Sequence record: SRR22947725_3677
Strand: one strand, 5' to 3'
Length of the DNA: 20,000 nucleotides
Shown here: in pieces, positions 1-7,901 of the stretch
How the letters are laid out: the number at the start of each line of letters is the position of its first letter
How positions within the stretch are numbered: the first letter of the stretch is position 1
Notes under the pieces: model-generated
Told to the model about the DNA's origin: nothing
The model's input: only the letters and a program-made list of their open reading frames with translations
Database searches by the model: none
Translations under genes and position numbers: made by a program

Positions 1-1680
1 GGAAGGCGTAATGATGGTGAAGCCTCACAAGCTTCTTTAGAAAATACCAAAATTTACGCAGAGGCAAACCTTCGCTATAAAAATAGATTCAATGCGCACC
101 GTATAGACGCCATTGTTTTGGGGACTTTCGAAAAAAACAACATCCGTTCATTGTTTAATAAGGCTACAGGATACGGAAGCGATAATACCTCATTTTACAA
201 TTTTTCTTCTGCTACTGAAATTTTTGTGCCAATCTCACAGTTTAGAGAAGTAGGTCTATTATCTGGACTAGCCCGAGTAGGGTATAATTACAAAAGGAAG
301 TACTATGTAGATTTAAATGCGCGTGTCGATGCATCGTCAAAGTTTGCTACCAATAATAAGAGTGCCTTATTCCCATCTATCGCATTGTCATGGGTGGCAT
401 CTAAAGAGCCCTTTTTACAAAAAGTGGCTGCTATTTCACAATTAAAGCTTCGTCTTTCGTTTGGTAAAACTGGTAGCAACCCCATTTCTCCTTACCAATC
501 TCTAGCGCTTTTGACACCTATTCGCTATAATTTTGACAATCAATTAATCACAGGATATTTCGAGTCTAATCTTGCGAATGATGATTTGACATGGGAAAAA
601 ACAGATCAATTTAATGTAGGTTTAGACCTCAGCCTTTTTGATTCTAAATGGAACCTTACTATAGATGCTTATCACAAGTTAACCAATGACTTACTCCAAA
701 ATGTAAACTTACCTGTTTCGAATGGCTACACAAGTCGAGTAGATAACTTTGGATCGGTTGAAAATAAAGGAATCGAATTTAGCCTCAACACCAACTTGGT
801 ACAAACAAAAGACTTTATTTGGGACATTAGAGCCAATCTTAGTTTTAATCGAAACGAACTTAAGTCTCTAAATTCAAATTTAGAATATCAACTCGGCCCG
901 TCTGTTGGATTTACTCAGGCAAATCCAATATTATTTAAAGTTGGTCAACCTCTAGGTATTTATTGGGGTGCACAAACCGACGGAATCTATGCAAACTGGG
1001 ATGAAGCGAATGCCAGTGGCATTGTAGGTGCTGCTCCAGGTGAAATCAAGTATTTAAATAATTCCGTTCAAGTAGATGCATCGGGACAGCCTTTAGCATC
1101 ACAGCAAATAAACTTTGATGATTATGTGAAAATTGGAGATCCGAATCCAGACTACACATTCTCCATTTCGAATAGTTTTAGCTACAAAAAATGGGATTTA
1201 AGTATTTTACTCACTGGGCAAAAAGGAGGTGATCTGTTTTGGGTAGATTCCTGGCAATTAAGTGGGTTACAGAAAACAACAAACGTACTTACATCATCGT
1301 TTAATAGCTCTTGGATAGCGCCTTTATCCGTAGATAACGGACAAGTAACCTTTAATCCTGCTGTTGGAAACACTGAAAATGCAAGCCATCCGGCTGCCAT
1401 TCTCGACAACGGTCCAAGGGCATTGGTTTCTGATAGACAGATTTTTGATGGGTCTTTTTTTAGATTGAAAAATATTAATTTAGGATACACCTTTAACTTT
1501 CCCAATCAACGAAGTTTTAGAGTCTATGCTACTGGACAAAACATCCTTATGTGGACAGATTATCCAGGCTATGACCCTGAAGTGAAGACGTATACAAAAA
1601 ACCCTCAAAAAAGAGGCGTAGATTTTGGTACGTATCCCGGAACAAAAACCTATTTATTAGGTCTAAAATTTATTTATTAA
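1..1680 (+). CDS. susC: SusC/RagA-family TonB-dependent outer membrane transporter (5'-truncated by the window edge)
   Basis: Frame 1 is open from base 1 (GRRNDGEASQ...), so the 118 start in the ORF track is internal. It has typical SusC barrel motifs: RVDASSKFA, LKLRLSFGKTG, LTWEKTDQFNVGLD, GDPNPDYTFS, DGSFFRLKNINLGYTF, YPGYDPEV and a C-terminal aromatic residue (LKFIY). susD follows 2 nt downstream. Confidence 0.96.
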   Translation, partial: GRRNDGEASQASLENTKIYAEANLRYKNRFNAHRIDAIVLGTFEKNNIRSLFNKATGYGSDNTSFYNFSSATEIFVPISQFREVGLLSGLARVGYNYKRKYYVDLNARVDASSKFATNNKSALFPSIALSWVASKEPFLQKVAAISQLKLRLSFGKTGSNPISPYQSLALLTPIRYNFDNQLITGYFESNLANDDLTWEKTDQFNVGLDLSLFDSKWNLTIDAYHKLTNDLLQNVNLPVSNGYTSRVDNFGSVENKGIEFSLNTNLVQTKDFIWDIRANLSFNRNELKSLNSNLEYQLGPSVGFTQANPILFKVGQPLGIYWGAQTDGIYANWDEANASGIVGAAPGEIKYLNNSVQVDASGQPLASQQINFDDYVKIGDPNPDYTFSISNSFSYKKWDLSILLTGQKGGDLFWVDSWQLSGLQKTTNVLTSSFNSSWIAPLSVDNGQVTFNPAVGNTENASHPAAILDNGPRALVSDRQIFDGSFFRLKNINLGYTFNFPNQRSFRVYATGQNILMWTDYPGYDPEVKTYTKNPQKRGVDFGTYPGTKTYLLGLKFIY

Positions 1681-1682
1681 TT

Positions 1683-3269
1683 ATGAGCGATCTAAATTTC
1701 AACGTATCCAGAACTACCCTATTTATACTTTCTTTTCTTGCATTAACGCTTTATTCCTGTGATAATCTTGAAGAAGAATCTTTAACACAGGTAAGTACAG
1801 AACAGTTCTATCAGAATGAAACAGATGCATTAGCCGGTTTAACCGCTGCTTATGCGCGTCTAAAAAGTGGGAATGGGTATTACAAACAAGTCTTTTTAAC
1901 AGCACTACATGCCTCTTCTGATCAAGGCATTTCAACCTTTTTATTTAAAGAGTTTAAGACAGGGAATATTGCAAACACAAACCCAAATCTAACGCCCATG
2001 TGGAGAGACATTTATTTTGCAATACGGGATGCAAATAATGTCATTGCCAATGTTGAAACCATTGATATGGACGAAGAACTTAAAGCACGTATTTTAGGTG
2101 AAGCACGATTTTTAAGAGGGCTACACTATTTTAATTTGGTGCGATGTTTTGGCGAAGTTCCATTAAGAATAAGCCCTTTAAAACAAGGAGAAGATGAGGG
2201 GCTACCCGTATCCAAAATCGAAAGCATATATGATGTAATTATAAGTGATTTGGCATTTGCTGCTGCAAATTGCTGGGGAAGAAATGGAACAAGAGCTTCG
2301 GCTTCAAATGACTTAGGTCGTGTTACAAAAACAGCTGCGCATGCCATGTTGGCCAAAGTATATTTACGTATAGCTTCCTGCAAAAGAACAGCGCAAGAAG
2401 GCGTTGAAGGAAATAGTAAATATCTTGACTTCACAGCATCAGTAAGCGACTACTACCAACTTGCAAAAGAACAATGTGATTTGGCATTAGAAGGCTCTGG
2501 TTTTCAATTGGAAGCAAACTTAGAGGGCTGGAAAACGATCTTTAGCCCTAATAATGGCAACAATGCTGAAATGATTTTTGAGGTTCAAGGCTCCAACATT
2601 GTCGGGCAGGGAACCGCTGTTTCTAACCTATTTTCACCAAAAGACTCAAATCTTAGCGGAACAGGATTTGGAGGTACCAATAAGTTAAAAGGTAAGTTTA
2701 TTAATAACCGATTGGATAAATTAGATAGTAGGTTTCAAAATACGATTATCAAATCGTATCAAAACAACACACGATCTTTCCAAATAAATGCTGGAATTAC
2801 TGGATATATTCCCACGCTGTTTTCGACTGGAAGAACGGTTGGAACACTCTGGCAAGTTTGGACTTCGAAGTATATAGATCCAGAAGCCACCACTGAATAT
2901 ACAAGCCGTCAAAATTGGCATATTATTCGACTTGCAGATGTATATCTGATGCGAGCTGAGGCAATGGCAGAGGTTTCCCAAGATCCTACGCTGGCCAATT
3001 CAGACTTGAGTGCCTTACGTGCTCGGGTTGAAATGCCAGACTTCGATGGAGTTGGAATGACTATGCCAGATTTTAGAACAGCACTACTTAAAGAACGTGC
3101 GGTAGAACTTTATATGGAAGGCCACCGCTTTTTTGATTTGACTAGAATGGGTGTTTTGGATGAATATTGTAGAACGCTTCATGGAAATGTAGATGGACAA
3201 AGACAAGCTGAAGACTACTTTTGGCCAATTCCGGTTACTGAAACTTCTGCGAACGCTAATATTGATTGA
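1683..3269 (+). CDS. susD: SusD/RagB-family glycan-binding outer membrane lipoprotein
   Basis: Lipobox LYSC, plus GEARFLRGLHYFNLVRCFGEVPL, GRVTKTAAHAMLAKVYL, IRLADVYLMRAEA, ERAVELYMEGHRFFDLTR and WPIP motifs. Directly follows susC. Confidence 0.96.
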   Translation: MSDLNFNVSRTTLFILSFLALTLYSCDNLEEESLTQVSTEQFYQNETDALAGLTAAYARLKSGNGYYKQVFLTALHASSDQGISTFLFKEFKTGNIANTNPNLTPMWRDIYFAIRDANNVIANVETIDMDEELKARILGEARFLRGLHYFNLVRCFGEVPLRISPLKQGEDEGLPVSKIESIYDVIISDLAFAAANCWGRNGTRASASNDLGRVTKTAAHAMLAKVYLRIASCKRTAQEGVEGNSKYLDFTASVSDYYQLAKEQCDLALEGSGFQLEANLEGWKTIFSPNNGNNAEMIFEVQGSNIVGQGTAVSNLFSPKDSNLSGTGFGGTNKLKGKFINNRLDKLDSRFQNTIIKSYQNNTRSFQINAGITGYIPTLFSTGRTVGTLWQVWTSKYIDPEATTEYTSRQNWHIIRLADVYLMRAEAMAEVSQDPTLANSDLSALRARVEMPDFDGVGMTMPDFRTALLKERAVELYMEGHRFFDLTRMGVLDEYCRTLHGNVDGQRQAEDYFWPIPVTETSANANID

Positions 3270-3331
3270 GGAATTTAATTCAATAACAAAAAAAAAATTA
3301 CCATTATTTATTTAAAATCGTGATCTAATTC

Positions 3332-4765
3332 ATGAAAAAAACCTTCACTTATATTGCCTCAATTGGACTAATTGGATTGCTCGTTTTTAGCTGTAAAACA
3401 GCTACAGTTCAGTCCAAAGGCATAGCGCCCAACTTTATTGTAATCTTAGTAGACGATCAGGGCTGGAATGGTACATCTGTTCAAATGTCTGATGAAGTGA
3501 GTCAATCAAAAAGTGATTACCATCAAACGCCAAATATTTTGGGGCTTGCCAATCGTGGCATGCGTTTTTCCTCGGCCTATGCAAGTGCTCCCGTATGTTC
3601 GCCGTCGCGATACAGCATTCAGTTTGGACAAACTCCAGCACGACTGCGAATGATTCGGGTTGGGATGAATACAAATCACATTAATCATCAAAGACCTACA
3701 ACAATACCCAGGCTATTAAAAAAAGTGAATCCGGCCTATATAACTGCGCATTATGGTAAATGGGGAATTGATGTAGATCCTGCAGAAATGGGTTATGATA
3801 AAAGTGACGGAATCACGGGTAATAAAGATGGTGGGTTTAACTATAAATCAAATAAAAACCAATGGAGAAATAACATTGATGAAGACCCTAAAAAGATATT
3901 CAGTACAACACAACGAGCTATCAATTTTATTGAAGAACAAGCCACTTCAAAGCGTCCTTTCTTTTTGCAACTTTCACATTATGCCGTTCACTCCGACATC
4001 ATGATGCGGAAAGAAACTTTAGAAAAATACAGAGCCGTTAAAAAAGGTACATACCAAAACCATCCGGGCTTCGCGGCAATGACTGAAGATTTAGACACCA
4101 GCGTGGGTTTATTATTGGACCGGGTAAAGGCATTAGGCCTTGAAGAAAATACATATATCATTTATACTTCTGATAATGGTGCTGTACCAGTGATGCCTCC
4201 AAGAGCTCAATACAAACATGGGACAAATACACCTCTTAGTAGAGGAAAATGGGATGCCATGGAAGGAGGTATAAGAGTTCCTTTTGTTATCGCTGGGCCA
4301 AAAATAAAAGCAGGGATAGAATCAAAAGTACCAATTACGTTCTCTGATTTACTACCAACTATTGCCGATTTGGCTGGTTATACAAATTCGTTTAGTGATG
4401 AGATTGATGGTGGAAGTTTTAAAGAAATTCTTTCCAATGATGGTTCAGGAACTATCAATCGCGCGACAGAGGGGCTGGTTTTCCATGTACCCTATGCAAA
4501 TGGAATCGCACTTAAACGAGCGCATTCAGCCATTATTCAAGATGGTTTCAAGTTGATAAAATTCCACGATAACAATCAGTTGATGTTGTTTAATCTTAGC
4601 AAGGATTTGGAAGAAAAAAACAATCTGGCATTTACACATCCAGACAAGCTGAACGCATTAGAAAAAGGTTTAGATGCTTACTTGACAAAAGTAAAGGCCC
4701 CTAAATGGGAACCCGGTATTACTTGGAAGAATAAACCAATCGAAAAAATAAACTCTTTCCACTAA
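3332..4765 (+). CDS. S1-family (formylglycine-dependent) sulfatase, predicted lipoprotein
   Basis: Lipobox VFSC; PNFIVILVDDQG; CSPSR core (CxPxR); GKWG; SDNG; EGGIRVP; DLLPT; LFNLSKDLEE. Confidence 0.93.
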   Translation: MKKTFTYIASIGLIGLLVFSCKTATVQSKGIAPNFIVILVDDQGWNGTSVQMSDEVSQSKSDYHQTPNILGLANRGMRFSSAYASAPVCSPSRYSIQFGQTPARLRMIRVGMNTNHINHQRPTTIPRLLKKVNPAYITAHYGKWGIDVDPAEMGYDKSDGITGNKDGGFNYKSNKNQWRNNIDEDPKKIFSTTQRAINFIEEQATSKRPFFLQLSHYAVHSDIMMRKETLEKYRAVKKGTYQNHPGFAAMTEDLDTSVGLLLDRVKALGLEENTYIIYTSDNGAVPVMPPRAQYKHGTNTPLSRGKWDAMEGGIRVPFVIAGPKIKAGIESKVPITFSDLLPTIADLAGYTNSFSDEIDGGSFKEILSNDGSGTINRATEGLVFHVPYANGIALKRAHSAIIQDGFKLIKFHDNNQLMLFNLSKDLEEKNNLAFTHPDKLNALEKGLDAYLTKVKAPKWEPGITWKNKPIEKINSFH

Positions 4766-4864
4766 CTCCAAACGCTGGGTCGTTTTGCTAGGCCTAATTT
4801 AGCTTTTGGTTAGATAGTTTAACTAACTGAGCAAAATTTAAACAATCTATATATATAGACTGCA

Positions 4865-4872
4865 TAGCTTTG
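4865..4872 (+). promoter_or_regulatory. Putative Bacteroidota sigma-70 -7 promoter element (TAGCTTTG)
   Basis: Exact match to TAnnTTTG, 22 nt upstream of the ATG at 4895. No clear -33 TTTG at canonical spacing. Confidence 0.4.
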
Positions 4873-4894
4873 GATTATATAATTAAAATGATTC

Positions 4895-5221
4895 ATGATT
4901 CAAAAAATCTTTCTATTACTAGCCTTTACGCTTTTCACAACAACCGTTTCTTCTCAAAACGATGCAACTGAAAAAGCTAATAAATTAACCAACGAAATGA
5001 CACAAGCGCTTTCTTTGGGTGAGGAAGTGAAAACCAAAATTTATGAAATTCAATTAAACCGATTTCAAGAAGCGGAAACTATTAGAAAACAGTACATGGA
5101 CGATTCGGAAACAAAAAAAGCTGAGTTGAAAAAAATGTACAACAGATTGTATGGCAAATTAAAGGCTACGCTTGGAGAAGAAAAAATGAAAGCCTGGAAT
5201 GTTTATAAACAAAACAATTAA
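4895..5221 (+). CDS. Small secreted alpha-helical protein (Spy/CpxP/DUF4890-like)
   Basis: Signal peptide ending ...VSS-Q. The mature region is K/E-rich and helical, with 'MTQALSLGEE' and 'LKATLGEEKMKAW' resembling LTxxQ-type repeats. Confidence 0.65.
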   Translation: MIQKIFLLLAFTLFTTTVSSQNDATEKANKLTNEMTQALSLGEEVKTKIYEIQLNRFQEAETIRKQYMDDSETKKAELKKMYNRLYGKLKATLGEEKMKAWNVYKQNN

Positions 5222-5231
5222 ATCTATTATT

Positions 5232-6203
5232 ATGATCAGAAAATTTACTTACCTTTTTTTTATACTACTTACAACTGGTTTAGTTGCACAAACAAGTGTG
5301 GCTGATTCTCCTTTATTTGTTGCGGGAGCAAATGCCAGTTGGCCGCACATCATTGTTGCTGCTAAAGCCGCAGATGCATCCAGCCAATCTGCTCAAACAT
5401 TAGAAATCAACATTACTACGTTGCCCGATGGTGGTGCTAACTACCGCGTTTACAAGACCACTGCAAATGGTGGTGATTTTGTTGGAGATGCAAAACCACT
5501 TGCTTTAGGCCCTAACACACTTACTGTAACTGCTGTAGCTTTCAATAGAGCGGTTAAGTACCAGTTTAGTAGTGGAGCCATTGAATTCGATGCCATCTCA
5601 CTTAATAGTTCTGATAACTCTCAAACTATTGCTTCAAATGTGGGTGGTCTATTTACTGCAGGATCAAATGCTAGCTGGCCTTTTGTCTACAGTGCGGCTC
5701 AAAAAAATGATGGCGACGCCGGAAACGATGGTGCTGCTCAAACCTTGGAGATCAATATTACTAGTTTGCCCCCTGCGGGTGCAAACTACCGTATTGGTAA
5801 GACCACGGCAAACGGAGAATGGTTTTTTGCTAATGCTCAACCCCTAGCTTTAGGAGTTAACACAATCACTGTAGCTGGCGTTACTTTTGACCGAAGTGTT
5901 CGATTCCAATTTGGAGACGGTGCTACAGAATTTGATGCGCTCTCATTAAACGACGAGTCTGTATTAAGCGTAGCCAATATTAATGCTAGTCATTTCACAT
6001 TGTATCCAAATCCTGCTTCAGGTATTATTACTGTTCGTGGAGTTGAAAACATCAAATCAATTAAGGTGTTTTCCCTATTAGGGAGTTTGGAGATAGAAGT
6101 TTTAAACGCAAACCAAGTTGATGTTTCAGGTCTTTCAAAAGGAATCCATATGATTACCGTTGATAACGGTACTGTTTTCACAAAGAAATTTATTGTAAAA
6201 TAA
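5232..6203 (+). CDS. T9SS-secreted non-catalytic protein: signal peptide + 2 tandem ~100-aa modules + C-terminal T9SS sorting domain
   Basis: Start revised from 5199 to ATG 5232 (MIRKFTYLFFILLTTGLVA-Q), which gives a clean signal peptide and removes the overlap with the upstream gene. Two internal repeats. The C-terminus LYPNPASG...IKVFSLLG...DVSGLSKGIHMITV...TKKFIVK is a type-A T9SS CTD. Confidence 0.88.
   Translation: MIRKFTYLFFILLTTGLVAQTSVADSPLFVAGANASWPHIIVAAKAADASSQSAQTLEINITTLPDGGANYRVYKTTANGGDFVGDAKPLALGPNTLTVTAVAFNRAVKYQFSSGAIEFDAISLNSSDNSQTIASNVGGLFTAGSNASWPFVYSAAQKNDGDAGNDGAAQTLEINITSLPPAGANYRIGKTTANGEWFFANAQPLALGVNTITVAGVTFDRSVRFQFGDGATEFDALSLNDESVLSVANINASHFTLYPNPASGIITVRGVENIKSIKVFSLLGSLEIEVLNANQVDVSGLSKGIHMITVDNGTVFTKKFIVK
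5313..5606 (+). repeat. Copy 1 of ~100-aa repeated protein module
   Basis: LFVAGANASWPHI...GANYRVYKTTANG...PLALGPNT...FNRAVKYQFSSGAIEFDAISLN (98 aa). Confidence 0.9.
5649..5951 (+). repeat. Copy 2 of ~100-aa repeated protein module
   Basis: LFTAGSNASWPFV...GANYRIGKTTANG...PLALGVNT...FDRSVRFQFGDGATEFDALSLN (101 aa). Confidence 0.9.
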
Positions 6204-6221
6204 CGAGTCATTAACCGATTT

Positions 6222-6267
6222 AAAGCTGGTAAAATCAATATTATACGTTGACTTTACCAGCTTTTTT
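6222..6267 (+). terminator. Intrinsic (rho-independent) terminator
   Basis: 17-bp stem AAAGCTGGTAAAATCAA / TTGACTTTACCAGCTTT with one mismatch, a 9-nt loop and a trailing T-run. It begins 18 nt after the stop at 6203. Confidence 0.8.
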
Positions 6268-6294
6268 AATTCCATGAGAAATTAACCCTTTGTT

Positions 6295-7848
6295 TTGAAA
6301 CAGCTTGTAGTTTTAGTTCTTATCGTATTTTCTTGGCAATGCTTTGGCCAGCCGAAATCCCAAACAGAGAAGCCAAATATTATCTTCATTTTTTCAGATG
6401 ATCATGCCACAAATGCCATTTCAGCCTATGGCGGTATTTTTAAAGCATTAGCACCAACACCAAACATTGATCGCATTGCAAACGAGGGAGCATTACTAAA
6501 AAATGCCTTGTGCACAAATGCCATTTGTGGCCCCAGTAGAGCAACAATACTCACAGGTAAATACAGCCATGTAAATGGATATTACAAAAATTATAAAGGC
6601 GGTGTATTTAATAACAAACAATGGACCTATCCTCAAGCGCTTCAGGGGGCAGGCTATCAAACGGCCTTGGTTGGGAAATGGCATCTAGCCTCTGAACCAA
6701 TCGGTTTTGATTATTACAAATATCATGTCTCCCGCGGGCAACAGGGATTTTACTGGAACCCCGTGTATAATGATAATGGGCAGCAAATTGAAGAGAAAGG
6801 ATACGCCACAAATTTAACGACCGACTTTGCCTTGGATTGGCTACAATCTAGAGATAAAAAGGATCCTTTTTGCTTACTCTTGCAATTTAAGGCGCCGCAT
6901 CGGCAGTGGGCACCAGACACTAAATATGAACGCTTATGGGAAGGCGTTGAAATGCCTTATCCAGCAACTTTTGATGACAATTATGAAGGAAGGGGATTAA
7001 CGGCTGGAAAAACTGAAATGACGATGGATTATTTCACTAGAGAAGACATGAAGATGACTCCTCCAGATTCCTTATTCAAAAAACAGCGGAATCGATGGAT
7101 GCAATTCGGTTTTCGCCCGAACCAAATTGTTACTCCCTCAAAAGATTTAAGCAAACAGGAAGCTCGTAAATGGAAATACCAACGCTATATTAAAGATTAC
7201 CTAGCAACCATAAAATCTGTAGATGATAATATTGGAAGGGTTTTAAGCTATCTAAAAGAAAATGGATTAGAAGAAAACACCATTGTTGTTTATGCTTCAG
7301 ACCAAGGTTTTTTCCTAGGTGAACACGGTTTTTTTGACAAGCGTTTTATGTATGAAGAGTCCCTGCGAATGCCTTTTGTAATTCGCTATCCTGGCAAAAT
7401 TAAACCCGGTATTGTCATAGACGATATTGTTTCAAATATTGATTTTGCACCAACACTTTTAGACATGGCTGGTGTTCCTGTACCAGAGGGCGTTCAAGGG
7501 AAGAGTTTTTTCTCAAACCTACAAGGAGAAACCTCCAAAGACTGGAAACAGTCTATGTATTATCATTATTATGAATACCCGTTCTACCACCGTGTACAAC
7601 CGCATTATGGCATCCGCAATCAACGCTATAAACTGATTCATTTTTATTATGATATCGATGTTTGGGAGTTATACGACCTTGAGAACGACCCCAATGAAAT
7701 GAATAATTTAATTGCGGATAAAGCCTACACCAACACCATTCGTGAATTAAAATCCGAATTGTATCGCTTAAAAGAGACCGCTGGAAACACCATGTCGTTA
7801 CAAGAATTAAGAACTATCACTGAAAAAGATTTTGGTGGGCTTGAATAA
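6295..7848 (+). CDS. S1-family sulfatase resembling N-acetylglucosamine-6-sulfatase-type (S1_11-like) enzymes; TTG start
   Basis: Signal peptide. KPNIIFIFSDDH, CGPSRATILTG, GKWHL, FKAPHRQW, SDQGFFLGEHGFFDKRFMYEESLRMP, YYHYYEYP, HYGIR and ELYDLENDPNE motifs. The subfamily assignment is an inference from overall resemblance. Confidence 0.9.
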   Translation: MKQLVVLVLIVFSWQCFGQPKSQTEKPNIIFIFSDDHATNAISAYGGIFKALAPTPNIDRIANEGALLKNALCTNAICGPSRATILTGKYSHVNGYYKNYKGGVFNNKQWTYPQALQGAGYQTALVGKWHLASEPIGFDYYKYHVSRGQQGFYWNPVYNDNGQQIEEKGYATNLTTDFALDWLQSRDKKDPFCLLLQFKAPHRQWAPDTKYERLWEGVEMPYPATFDDNYEGRGLTAGKTEMTMDYFTREDMKMTPPDSLFKKQRNRWMQFGFRPNQIVTPSKDLSKQEARKWKYQRYIKDYLATIKSVDDNIGRVLSYLKENGLEENTIVVYASDQGFFLGEHGFFDKRFMYEESLRMPFVIRYPGKIKPGIVIDDIVSNIDFAPTLLDMAGVPVPEGVQGKSFFSNLQGETSKDWKQSMYYHYYEYPFYHRVQPHYGIRNQRYKLIHFYYDIDVWELYDLENDPNEMNNLIADKAYTNTIRELKSELYRLKETAGNTMSLQELRTITEKDFGGLE

Positions 7849-7901
7849 ATGAATGTTCATTCAAACAGTTTATATTTAAACAATTAATAGCACGCTATAC
7901 A

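Noticed and set aside
118-120. TTG start for SusC given in the ORF track
   Set aside because: The frame is open back to base 1 and the plug and N-terminal barrel are missing, so the gene starts upstream of the window.
3288-3297. A10 homopolymer between susD and the first sulfatase as a phase-variation tract
   Set aside because: It is intergenic in AT-rich DNA and not between identifiable promoter elements. There is no evidence of length variation without reads.
4846-4859. 14-bp palindrome TCTATATATATAGA
   Set aside because: It is mostly a TA dinucleotide run, which is self-complementary by composition.
5199-5231. Extended N-termini in the ORF track for 5199, 10176 and 19409
   Set aside because: Downstream ATGs (5232, 10227, 19478) give clean signal peptides or translational coupling and avoid overlaps.
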